Below, piece after piece: positions 1-7,931 of a stretch of 36,407 nt of DNA. The notes beneath the pieces were generated by a model. The model had not been told where the DNA came from, did not search any database, and worked only from the letters and a program-made list of their open reading frames with translations. Source of the stretch: a virus (lineage: Duplodnaviria > Heunggongvirae > Uroviricota > Caudoviricetes); the IMG/VR virus record IMGVR_UViG_3300032007_000003, positions 376,029-412,435 of that record. One strand, written 5' to 3'. Every line of letters starts with the position of its first letter. Position 1 is the first letter of the stretch. Position numbers and translations under genes: made by a program.

Positions 1-921
1 TATAAATACGTTTTTATTGACGAATGCCAAGACCTTAATAGAGCGCAAAGGGAATTGATGTTATGCGCTGCAAAGAATGGTAGATTTATCGCAGTTGGTG
101 ACAGAAACCAAGCCATCAATGGCTTCGCTGGTGCTGATTGCAATTCTTTTGACAAAATAGCCATGCAAGATGATACAATTGAATTACCATTATCAGTCAA
201 TTATAGATGTGGCACAAATATGGTAGCAATGGCACAAGAGATTGTACCTCAAATAAAGGCTCATGATGGAGCAATTAAGGGTGAGATATATCATACCAAG
301 GAACTATCAAAATCTCTGTTCAGAGAGAACGATATGGTGCTTTGTAGAACATCTGCACCATTGGTAGGACTCTGCATGAAGTTGATTGAAAGTGGAGTTA
401 CGGCTGTTGTCAAGGGAAAAGACATCGCACAAGACCTTAAGAACCTCATTGAGAACGCTAATACAAAGAACATTCAAGAGGTATTGAAATATCTTGACGA
501 TGAGAAGAAGAAAATGATTAACGTTATCAGAGAGGAAAGAAAGTGTGATGAAACTGCTGCAAAGAATGCAATGAAATATCTTAACCTTGAAGATAGATGC
601 AAGTGCATTGAAAACATCTGTATGTATTCAATTAAAGATACAACGCAGTTGAAGTCTTATATCAATAAGATGTTCACAGATGATAAGATTGAAAATGCTG
701 TTATGTTATCAACTGCTCATAAAAGCAAGGGATTAGAAGCAAATAGGGTGATTATATTATTGCCAAATAAATTGCCTCTTAAATATCCCCATCAAAAGGA
801 ATGGCAAGAGAAACAAGAAATGAACTTGAAATATGTTGCCATTACTAGGGCGAGAAAAGAGTTAATCTTTGTGGATTTGACAGAACAAGAACTCTTAAAG
901 AAGAAAATTACTACAGATTAA
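1..921 (+). CDS. UvrD/Rep-family SF1 helicase, C-terminal part (5'-truncated by window edge)
   Basis: Frame 1 is open from base 1. SF1 motifs: VFIDECQD (Walker B), VGDRNQAINGF, LSVNYRC, VLCRT, STAHKSKGLE, YVAITRAR. Confidence 0.92.
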   Translation, partial: YKYVFIDECQDLNRAQRELMLCAAKNGRFIAVGDRNQAINGFAGADCNSFDKIAMQDDTIELPLSVNYRCGTNMVAMAQEIVPQIKAHDGAIKGEIYHTKELSKSLFRENDMVLCRTSAPLVGLCMKLIESGVTAVVKGKDIAQDLKNLIENANTKNIQEVLKYLDDEKKKMINVIREERKCDETAAKNAMKYLNLEDRCKCIENICMYSIKDTTQLKSYINKMFTDDKIENAVMLSTAHKSKGLEANRVIILLPNKLPLKYPHQKEWQEKQEMNLKYVAITRARKELIFVDLTEQELLKKKITTD

Positions 922-941
922 TAAAAAAAGTTGGGATAACA

Positions 942-975
942 TTTGGTTATCTCAATTTTTTTTCGTATATTTGCA
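942..975 (+). promoter_or_regulatory. Bacteroidota-type sigma-70 promoter (-33 TTTG / -7 TAnnTTTG)
   Basis: TTTG-20nt-TATATTTGCA just upstream of the ATG at 997. Confidence 0.8.
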
Positions 976-996
976 CATATAAAATAATAATATATT

Positions 997-1320
997 ATGA
1001 TTACAAAAGCAGAAACATTAAAACTCATAAAAGAAAAAGTTGATTCACGTGCCAATGGTAAAGTGAAGTTAAAGAAGCATGTTGAGACCAAGCTTGAAGT
1101 GGGTATTTTTAAGCACACAGAGAAGCGTGTATTTAAAGAACTCTTTAAGAAGGGTAACTCAGTCTTCTGTGTTGATGAAAACTATGAGGTTCACAACATT
1201 AATGAACTCGATTCTACGGCTCTCCGTACTATGTTGTGGCAGTTGATTACAGACAAGGAGAAGAAAGAAATTGCTTTGGAACATTTATACACAACAATGG
1301 ATTATCTAAAAGACTTATAA
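997..1320 (+). CDS. hypothetical protein
   Basis: 107-aa ATG ORF directly behind a promoter, with an AT-rich leader. Confidence 0.75.
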   Translation: MITKAETLKLIKEKVDSRANGKVKLKKHVETKLEVGIFKHTEKRVFKELFKKGNSVFCVDENYEVHNINELDSTALRTMLWQLITDKEKKEIALEHLYTTMDYLKDL

Positions 1321-1324
1321 GATT

Positions 1325-2011
1325 ATGGCAAAGGTAAGTGAAAACGAGTACATCATTGTAAATGGTGAGAAAAAAACCATTAAGCAATGGAAAGCAGAAG
1401 TAGCTGCAAAGCAGAAAGACCGCAGAGGTAAGAAGCGTTTTCTTGACCTCTCCAAACCCAAGAAGGAAAAGAAAGAGGAAAAGGAAATCAGCATTGTGGC
1501 AGAGGAGATTAATAAACTCTTGAAACCCATTACAATTCTGAAATCCATGTCATCATATTATGACCATGCGTATAGAATGTGGGGCACAATCGCAAATGAG
1601 ATTCTCCAGCACAGAAAGATTCGCCCACATTTCGTTTTCTGCCGTGTGAAAATAAGCGAACTCGAAAGATTGGTCGATGATATTCAGAACATGGCAAAGG
1701 GCAATGAAAAGGCAGCATACCAGTATGTGGAAAAGGTGGCTTGGAAAATCGAAGACATTAAGACCCATATCACAGACATCATGAAGGGTGCTGCTGAAAG
1801 CGGATTGCTCGAAGCATATAAGAAACATGAGTGCATCAACGGCAAAGGACGTAGATTGGGATTGCAAACACTTGCAAATAAATCATTCAAAGCTATTAGC
1901 CAATTGGAAGACGTGATTGGAACATTGCAGAAAGTGGCTGATGAAGGCACTGACCCATTCAAGTATGGCGACCACATGTCAGCAAAAGCAAGAGCAAGAT
2001 GTTGGGCATAA
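1325..2011 (+). CDS. hypothetical protein, Lys-rich N-terminus
   Basis: 228-aa ORF, 4 nt after the previous stop. Confidence 0.8.
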   Translation: MAKVSENEYIIVNGEKKTIKQWKAEVAAKQKDRRGKKRFLDLSKPKKEKKEEKEISIVAEEINKLLKPITILKSMSSYYDHAYRMWGTIANEILQHRKIRPHFVFCRVKISELERLVDDIQNMAKGNEKAAYQYVEKVAWKIEDIKTHITDIMKGAAESGLLEAYKKHECINGKGRRLGLQTLANKSFKAISQLEDVIGTLQKVADEGTDPFKYGDHMSAKARARCWA

Positions 2012-2122
2012 TCTGATTCTCTTTAAAATAATTGTTAAAACTGGGGTAATCTTTTGGTTATCTCAGTTTTTTTTTTGTATCATGGTTTATGTGCTTCGTA
2101 CACTTGGAATCAGAAATGGGCG

Positions 2123-2137
2123 GACTTAAATAAGTAC
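2123..2137. repeat. 15-bp intergenic motif GACTTAAWWAAGTAC, copy 1
   Basis: GACTTAAATAAGTAC. Confidence 0.75.
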
Positions 2138-2203
2138 AACAGCAACGTTGTTGCCATTGAAGCCCATCTTCAATGGTCTACAAAAAGGGGATAGGCTAAT
2201 AAC

Positions 2204-2494
2204 CTATCCCTTTCTTGTTTTATTCACCATTCTTTCAATCCTAAGAGCATCGTTGAATTGTTCTTCTAATGTGTTTCCTCTTCCAATTGGTAATACAAAC
2301 CTCTTATACTTCTTGCTAAGTTCAATGGCTTGCTCCAATGTTACCATGACTTCAACATAACCATCATAATCATCATTAAAAGCGGTGCGAGTCACTTCAA
2401 TATCCATAGATGCAATCTCATTACGAAGATTATCAAGACGATATTGCCTACCCTTGCAGTCATAATAATGGACTTCACCAAATACCTTTTCCAT
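2204..2494 (-). CDS. hypothetical protein
   Basis: 96-aa ORF, last of a three-gene minus-strand run. Confidence 0.7.
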   Translation of the reverse strand: MEKVFGEVHYYDCKGRQYRLDNLRNEIASMDIEVTRTAFNDDYDGYVEVMVTLEQAIELSKKYKRFVLPIGRGNTLEEQFNDALRIERMVNKTRKG

Positions 2495-2503
2495 ATTATA
2501 TAA

Positions 2504-2518
2504 GACTTAATTAAGTAC
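2504..2518. repeat. 15-bp intergenic motif, copy 2
   Basis: GACTTAATTAAGTAC; the core ACTTAATTAAGT is a perfect palindrome. Confidence 0.75.
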
Positions 2519-2523
2519 AAGTA

Positions 2524-2808
2524 TCATTGATTTAAATGCGTATTATATACCCACATACCATCTACCTTGGTATAACGCTTATCACGTTTCTCAATCCATT
2601 TGTATGCTGAACGCAGACATATATCAAATGGTACTGCCTTACTATCCCAATTGCCATCAAAGCCAACCATATATGATTTTCTTACAGATTTATCATAGAT
2701 AAAGATGCAGAAATCTCCCATATTGGTTTTATGGTCATGAAACCTCACTTCCAAACCATTCTCCTTTGCAACAGCCTTTAACTTATTAATTTCTATTGTA
2801 ATATCCAT
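2524..2808 (-). CDS. hypothetical protein
   Basis: 94-aa ORF in operon. Confidence 0.7.
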   Translation of the reverse strand: MDITIEINKLKAVAKENGLEVRFHDHKTNMGDFCIFIYDKSVRKSYMVGFDGNWDSKAVPFDICLRSAYKWIEKRDKRYTKVDGMWVYNTHLNQ

Positions 2809-2823
2809 AACTTTATTTTCAAT

Positions 2824-3036
2824 TTAAATAAATCTCCATCTAACTTGCTTGTTTGGATTTGCACCCAAGTCACAAGCCTTCGAGAAAGCATCATCAAGAT
2901 TCTCTCTGTCACTCTTATTGGGGTCACAAACGTGAATAAGTTCTTTCACCTCATAACGCTCAATGGTGCTCATGGAGAACATTCCCTTGACTTGCTTCAC
3001 TTGATATTGAAACTTTATTCTCTTTTCCATATACAC
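2824..3036 (-). CDS. hypothetical protein
   Basis: 70-aa ORF directly downstream of the promoter at 3056-3089. Confidence 0.65.
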   Translation of the reverse strand: MYMEKRIKFQYQVKQVKGMFSMSTIERYEVKELIHVCDPNKSDRENLDDAFSKACDLGANPNKQVRWRFI

Positions 3037-3055
3037 TATATCTTATTAATTACGA

Positions 3056-3089
3056 TGCAAAGATACGAAATTCCAGTGAGATAACCAAG
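3056..3089 (-). promoter_or_regulatory. Bacteroidota-type promoter
   Basis: Minus strand CTTGGTTATCTCA...CGTATCTTTGCA. Confidence 0.8.
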
Positions 3090-3153
3090 AAAATAAACAC
3101 TTTTTAAGAAATTAATTATTTGTGTTAATAAAATGTTAAAATCTGGTTTTCTC

Positions 3154-3186
3154 TTTGCCAATTCAAAATTATTTCGTATATTTGCA
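3154..3186 (+). promoter_or_regulatory. Bacteroidota-type promoter (divergent from 3056-3089)
   Basis: TTTG-19nt-TATATTTGCA. Confidence 0.8.
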
Positions 3187-3220
3187 CCATCAAAACAACA
3201 ATTAATAACAGATTTAGATT

Positions 3221-3475
3221 ATGGCAAAGACAACAACAAAGACAGCAACACGTCCTCTCTATGAGATTGCACGTGAGATTAAGAACGATTGGAAAAACGT
3301 ATATTTCGGTGCAAAGCCATACCTCGATGCAATGGCTACACTTAATTCCATTGACGATATGTATATGTTCGATTCAGCAAAGACCATCGTGCTCTACTTC
3401 CTTGGCAACGCTTCAACATGGCGAGGTGAGACAGCAAAGCGCATCAAGGCTGAACTCAAAGCAATGGCAAAGTAA
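3221..3475 (+). CDS. small phage hypothetical protein
   Basis: 84-aa ORF with its own promoter; RPLYEIA...AKPYLDAM...YFLGNASTWRG resembles a widespread phage family (from recall). Confidence 0.8.
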   Translation: MAKTTTKTATRPLYEIAREIKNDWKNVYFGAKPYLDAMATLNSIDDMYMFDSAKTIVLYFLGNASTWRGETAKRIKAELKAMAK

Positions 3476-3549
3476 ACAACGTTATATTCATTGAAATAGA
3501 TTGAGTGCTGATTGTCCGTGAGGATAGTAAGCATATTCTGTATATATAA

Positions 3550-3564
3550 GACTTAAAAAAGTAC
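3550..3564. repeat. 15-bp intergenic motif, copy 3
   Basis: GACTTAAAAAAGTAC. Confidence 0.75.
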
Positions 3565-3578
3565 AACTTTATATAAAC

Positions 3579-3611
3579 AAAAAATGGGTCATGTCTCACG
3601 ACACAACCCAT
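3579..3611 (-). terminator. putative intrinsic terminator of the minus-strand ncRNA unit
   Basis: ATGGGT...ACCCAT stem with an inner GTC/GAC stem, followed by T6 on the minus strand. Confidence 0.45.
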
Positions 3612-3824
3612 CAAAAACATCACCCATAAAAACCCATCAGTAGAAGAAAAATAGGTAGGTTTCCCCAATCTTGGTGTTCGCACATCGGAAGAACTTAATC
3701 CCCAATAAGCATTACATACCATTCGCTATGGTTTGTTTTATCCTACCTAAAGGTGTTTTGGGACTTGCCACCGACACTACGCTAAACGCTACGTTAAATG
3801 TGCCCTAACACCTATTTCTCTTTG

Positions 3825-3916
3825 ACAAGATAGTGGGACTCGAACCCACGTTATACAATCCATGAAATTGTAGTCACATCTTATGATGCCGCATGAACCA
3901 ACTCTGCTATATCTTG
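3825..3916 (-). tRNA. atypical tRNA / tRNA-like element (anticodon ambiguous: CAT with an extra arm, or a degenerate class II tRNA)
   Basis: Acceptor CAAGATA/TATCTTG (7 bp), T8A9, D arm GCA-GAGTTGGTTCA-TGC, T arm GTGGG-TTCGAGT-CCCAC. Two hairpins lie between the D and T arms; no encoded CCA. Confidence 0.7.
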
Positions 3917-4161
3917 AAAATCGTGGAATAGTATCATCACCACTGAATAGGTTACTTCCAAACCCTTTGTAGGCATTATTCTCTGTGCTGCCATTCTGCT
4001 ATTAACATACTCTTCTTGCACTTTAGAGAGAGGTAGGATTATAGGGTGTGCTTACTTACCATTTCAATTTCAGCAGTCCTATTACTTTTATTGCACCTAC
4101 ATTGCTATAAAATTCTTTTTTACATCTTCATGCGAAATAATCTTCTTTAATTGTTTTACAA

Positions 4162-4195
4162 TGTAAATATACGGAATAAATCTGAATTAACCAAA
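4162..4195 (-). promoter_or_regulatory. Bacteroidota-type promoter variant driving an ORF-less region
   Basis: Minus strand TTTGGTTAATTCA...CGTATATTTACA (one mismatch in the -7 element). Confidence 0.6.
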
Positions 4196-4230
4196 TAAAT
4201 AGCCAACTTTTTTTGTAAATCTTTTTTCAA

Positions 4231-4245
4231 GACTTAAAAAAGTAC
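4231..4245. repeat. 15-bp intergenic motif, copy 4
   Basis: GACTTAAAAAAGTAC. Confidence 0.75.
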
Positions 4246-4250
4246 GCATT

Positions 4251-4283
4251 AAAAAGGGGTGCATCTCTGCACCCCTCTTTTTT
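4251..4283 (-). terminator. intrinsic terminator (likely bidirectional)
   Basis: AGGGGTGCA-TCTC-TGCACCCCT flanked by A and T tracts, immediately after the stop at 4285. Confidence 0.8.
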
Positions 4284-4284
4284 C

Positions 4285-4896
4285 TTAGTATGCCATCGCC
4301 ATAGCCATTTCCTCATGGAAGAGGCGCATCGGCTCTATCAGTCTTTCGCCTTGTTCAATGGAAACGATGGTTTCCAACTGCGGAAGAATGAAATACTGCT
4401 CATGCTCCTTGTCAATGCCCATCTCGATTTGGGTGGAAGACTGCGTGTGGCTGTCTTTCTTCATCCACTTCTCGATTTCAGCGACCTCTGCTGCTGTGGC
4501 AAGATGACCATCAAGATAATACTCTGTGGTCGTGCTGAAGCCCAACTGCTTGTTGTTGCGCTGCAACTTCAAGTAAACCTTGGATTCAGTCTTCTTGTCG
4601 GTGCTGAACCACTCGCCATACTGCTCACATGGCTTGTGCCACACCTTTTTCAGATTCGCCTCTGCATCGTCATTTCCCATGCGGCTTGCAGTGTTTTCAA
4701 GACTATTGGAATAGTCCGTACCCATCACGAAGCCAGTGTAGGTTTTGGCGATAATCACACGACCAAGAAACGGATTTCGGTTTGCACCTCGGCCCTTATT
4801 CATGGCGGTGTCGGCTGACTTGTTTACAACTATGGTGCTTGCAGCACCCTTAACGAACTCATTGGCGATAATAGCCATAATTTCATTTCTCTCCAT
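4285..4896 (-). CDS. hypothetical protein
   Basis: Long ORF with promoter and terminator; ATG at 4896 preferred over the TTG at 4959. Confidence 0.8.
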   Translation of the reverse strand: MERNEIMAIIANEFVKGAASTIVVNKSADTAMNKGRGANRNPFLGRVIIAKTYTGFVMGTDYSNSLENTASRMGNDDAEANLKKVWHKPCEQYGEWFSTDKKTESKVYLKLQRNNKQLGFSTTTEYYLDGHLATAAEVAEIEKWMKKDSHTQSSTQIEMGIDKEHEQYFILPQLETIVSIEQGERLIEPMRLFHEEMAMAMAY

Positions 4897-4982
4897 ATCT
4901 TTTTGGATTAAAATAGTTAATAAACAATGATGTATCAATCTCAAAAGAACGCTTGTCAAATGTCATTGTTTTCGTTTGACGA

Positions 4983-5016
4983 TGCAAAGGTACGAAAAAA
5001 AATCCATTCCACCAAA
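4983..5016 (-). promoter_or_regulatory. Bacteroidota-type promoter
   Basis: Minus strand TTTG-20nt-TACCTTTGCA. Confidence 0.8.
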
Positions 5017-5387
5017 CATTTACCCCATTTTTAAACACTTTTTAAGGAAAAAGACCTTGTTTTAACATCAGTTTACAAAAAAACCACTATTTTTACTGGT
5101 TTTCATGTACTTCACACCATGAACATAAAACATGATAGGAAAACGCACATACATACGCACATATATAGCCATAGAAATACGGATAATGCGTTTTAAAGCT
5201 ATTTTTAAACCCTCTGACAGCCTTTTGCACCCTTCTCCGATAACTTTTACATCTGACTACATAAAAACGGCTTAAAACAAGGATTTCACATTTGTTTATA
5301 TATTCTGTTAACGAATCTTTAACAAAATGTAGTTTTTGTAAGAAAACAAGAAAAAAACAATGATTTTAGTTAAAAATTGTATAAAAA

Positions 5388-5421
5388 CTTGCGTATCTCA
5401 AAAAAAATGCCTACCTTTGCA
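5388..5421 (+). promoter_or_regulatory. Bacteroidota-type promoter of the sigma factor gene
   Basis: CTTG-20nt-TACCTTTGCA. Confidence 0.75.
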
Positions 5422-5468
5422 CTCGCAAACAAGAAATTTAGTATTCACCCACAAAAAAAGAATAGGTT

Positions 5469-6182
5469 ATGAAGAAAATGATTAATTTTAAGGAGAATGG
5501 TTTTGTAGTTCGTAACGAGATTATCGAAAAGCTCCGTGTTGAAGTAAATCGTTTTAAGGTACTCGCACATGACGAAGTAATTAATCTTATCATGGATGCC
5601 CAAAATGGCAATGAGAGAGCACGTACAAAGGTCATTAACGCCAATTTGCGCCTTGTATGGTCTGTGGCTGCATCCTATGGTACAATGATGGATTTTTCCG
5701 ATATGTTCCAAAATGGTTCTATCGGTTTGTGCATGGCTATTGACACTTATGATGTTTCACGTGAAACAAAGTTCAGCACATGGGCAACCGAGTACATCAG
5801 AAAGCAGATTAATATCGGTTTGAATAATGATAGCCGAGTGGTGCGCATGGGTGAGCATGAGATTCGTGCGAAAAAAGCGTACAATGCTAAGAGCATGGAT
5901 GCGCCCATCTGCAATGAGGATGGTGAAGAAAAAACTTTCCTCGATTTCTTTCCAAGCAGTATGTCGGCTGATAACTTCTCAAAGGTCGAGGATATGCGTG
6001 TCAAGATTAATTACCTCATGTCAGCCTTGAAACCTATCGAGAGAGAGGTAGTGTGTGGGCTATTTGGGCTGTCCGATACCTTAGAAACGGAGAATAGTTT
6101 GTCAGAAAAATTCAACCTCACTACCGAGCGTATCAGACAAATCAAGTGGGAAGCACTCACAAAGATGAAAGAAATTGCGTGA
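5469..6182 (+). CDS. phage-encoded sigma-70 family RNA polymerase sigma factor
   Basis: Region 2 NLRLVWSVA, QNGSIGLCMAIDTYD, FSTWATEYIRKQI; region 3 SMDAPI; region 4 HTH LTTERIRQIKWEALTKMK. Confidence 0.92.
   Translation: MKKMINFKENGFVVRNEIIEKLRVEVNRFKVLAHDEVINLIMDAQNGNERARTKVINANLRLVWSVAASYGTMMDFSDMFQNGSIGLCMAIDTYDVSRETKFSTWATEYIRKQINIGLNNDSRVVRMGEHEIRAKKAYNAKSMDAPICNEDGEEKTFLDFFPSSMSADNFSKVEDMRVKINYLMSALKPIEREVVCGLFGLSDTLETENSLSEKFNLTTERIRQIKWEALTKMKEIA
5753..5768. promoter_or_regulatory. parS consensus palindrome (inside the sigma gene)
   Basis: TGTTTCACGTGAAACA, a 16/16 match to the bacterial parS consensus. Confidence 0.7.
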
Positions 6183-6198
6183 AAAAATCTTGACAGAC

Positions 6199-6225
6199 AA
6201 GCGGAGAGAAATCTCCGCTTTCTTT
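6199..6225 (+). terminator. intrinsic terminator
   Basis: AAGCGGAGA-GAAA-TCTCCGCTT then TCTTT, after the sigma stop. Confidence 0.8.
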
Positions 6226-6256
6226 ACATTTTATGAGGTAAAAAAATATTTACACA

Positions 6257-6272
6257 CGTTTCACGTGAAACA
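6257..6272. promoter_or_regulatory. parS-like palindrome, second copy
   Basis: CGTTTCACGTGAAACA, 15/16 match; intergenic. Confidence 0.7.
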
Positions 6273-6535
6273 TTATGGGCGAGTAGTGCCCCCACCATAG
6301 GTGGCCCCTACGTCTCCCGTGGTGGGGTGGGGGATTTTAACACTCTTTAACACGCCAACAGTTCTGTAAATAAATTCCAGGAAAAAAAAATTGTCTTCTG
6401 AGAAGGGGGTGGTCCAAATTTATTCATGGGCATGTTCAAAAAAATTCTGGAAAAATTTTTTTAAAAAAAATGCATATTACTATTGAAATTTATGTCCCCT
6501 CCCATTATATTTTATAATAAGAAGTGTTTATAAAT

Positions 6536-7648
6536 ATGAAAGGAATTATTTACAAATGGACTTGTAATGTAAGTGGAAAGAGTTACATTGGTCAAACTGT
6601 TAATGAAAAAAGAAGAGAAAAAGATTTTTTAACTGAGGGTTCATATGCTGGTGAAAAGATAGACAATGCTCGAAAGAAGTATGGACTATCTAAAGATGTA
6701 TGGACTAAGGAAGTACTTAAACGTTTATGGTGTAAAGATGGCAAGGAGAATGAACTAAGAGAGCGTTTAAACTTCTGGGAACGTTACTATGTTGAACTAT
6801 TTGATACATTTAAAAATGGTTATAACTCAACAAATGGCGGTGATTGCGATTTTTCTGAAGAAGTTGTTGCTGAAATGAGAAAGAGGGGTAAAGAACGATG
6901 GGGTAGTCTATCTGAGGAAGAAAAAAACAAGCACAAAGAACGTTCATTAGAGTATTGGAATAATCTATCTGAGGAAGAAAGATTTGAATTTGGTAATTTT
7001 GGTAATTTGTATTGGAAAAGTTTAAGTACGAAAGAAAGAAAAGTTCTAATAGAAAAATCCAAAGAAGAATATGATAAATGGCGTTCTTCTGTATCTGACG
7101 AAGAGTTTTATAGAAAAGTAGTAGACTGTCATCGAGGACATTCAATTGGTAGAGCCATACACAGTTCTAAATTGAATAGGGGTAGAAAACGTTCTGAAGA
7201 AATTAAGAAGTATCTTTCTGAAATTAATAAAGGTAAAAAACAAATTGGTTATAAAGTTTTTAAATATTCAGAAAATAAGTGTGAATTAATTAAAGAATAT
7301 GATAGTATATTAGAAGCGGCAAAATCTATTGGTGTTAAGACTGAAACTTTATCTAAACATAATAATTGTAATTACAAGAATTTTTATTGGGAGATAAAAA
7401 AACCTCAAGGGGTAAAGGGTTATAGTTGGAATAAAAGATTGGGTAGGTGGAATGCAGGAATAAAATATAATGGAAAGAGTTATGACTTAGGGTGTTTCAA
7501 ACATGAAGAGGCTGCTCACGAAATCTATCTAATTGCCAAGAAAAAAATAGAAGAAGGTAGTTTCGAGGATTGGGAGTTAAATCATAAATTTGATGATAAA
7601 ATAAGATTATACGAAAAATACGGTGAGAAAATGCGTAACTTAATATAG
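6536..7648 (+). CDS. GIY-YIG homing endonuclease with NUMOD-like repeats and a C-terminal AP2-like DNA-binding domain
   Basis: GIIYKWTC...SYIGQT...E...NGYN; GRKRSEEIKKYLS (NUMOD3-like); YDSILEAAK (NUMOD1-like); KGYSWNKRLGRWNAGIKYNGKSYDLGCF..EEAA (AP2-like). Confidence 0.88.
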   Translation: MKGIIYKWTCNVSGKSYIGQTVNEKRREKDFLTEGSYAGEKIDNARKKYGLSKDVWTKEVLKRLWCKDGKENELRERLNFWERYYVELFDTFKNGYNSTNGGDCDFSEEVVAEMRKRGKERWGSLSEEEKNKHKERSLEYWNNLSEEERFEFGNFGNLYWKSLSTKERKVLIEKSKEEYDKWRSSVSDEEFYRKVVDCHRGHSIGRAIHSSKLNRGRKRSEEIKKYLSEINKGKKQIGYKVFKYSENKCELIKEYDSILEAAKSIGVKTETLSKHNNCNYKNFYWEIKKPQGVKGYSWNKRLGRWNAGIKYNGKSYDLGCFKHEEAAHEIYLIAKKKIEEGSFEDWELNHKFDDKIRLYEKYGEKMRNLI

Positions 7649-7660
7649 TTGCGCATTTTC
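7627..7660. terminator. hairpin between convergent genes
   Basis: GAAAATGCGTAACT-TAATAT-AGTTGCGCATTTTC. Confidence 0.6.
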
Positions 7661-7667
7661 GTTTCTA

Positions 7668-7931
7668 TCATTTTAATTTTTCCACTTTGACAATGATTGT
7701 ATCTCCGATATTATATTTTTCTTTTGATTTATAGATATAGTCATCGAAGATAATATGCATTTCACCTATTTTATTTAAATTATAGTAATATTGTCCATTT
7801 CTGTATACAATTGCTGAAATTACGTATTTGTCATTGTTTTTAACTTTTAGTTCATCCCAAGCTTTTTCGCATCCTATTGTAAGTAATGGTACGAGTATTA
7901 TTAGTATTATTTTACTTAGATTTTTAATCAT
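7668..7931 (-). CDS. putative lipoprotein
   Basis: Basic N-terminus, hydrophobic stretch, LTIGC lipobox-like motif. Confidence 0.6.
   Translation of the reverse strand: MIKNLSKIILIILVPLLTIGCEKAWDELKVKNNDKYVISAIVYRNGQYYYNLNKIGEMHIIFDDYIYKSKEKYNIGDTIIVKVEKLK

Noticed and set aside
2054-2086. Additional host-type promoter (TTTGGTTATCTCA...GTATCATGG)
   Set aside because: The -33 part matches the 942 copy, but the -7 TTTG is lost and no credible gene follows; probably a relic or part of a terminator hairpin.
3456-3722. 88-aa minus-strand ORF
   Set aside because: It crosses a terminator and a repeat motif, overlaps the 3221-3475 stop, and has no protein-like features.
2123-4245. CRISPR array formed by the 15-bp repeats
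   Set aside because: The repeats are too short, the spacing is irregular (about 380-1050 bp) and it contains genes.
4315-4818. 167-aa plus-strand ORF and similar antisense ORFs (26494-27030, 26834-27346, 30664-31134 and others)
   Set aside because: Shadow frames opposite genes that are better supported by promoters, terminators and motifs.
4960-6530. DnaA boxes (TTATCCACA) at the candidate origin
   Set aside because: None found by eye, so the origin call rests only on skew, parS sites and sequence texture.
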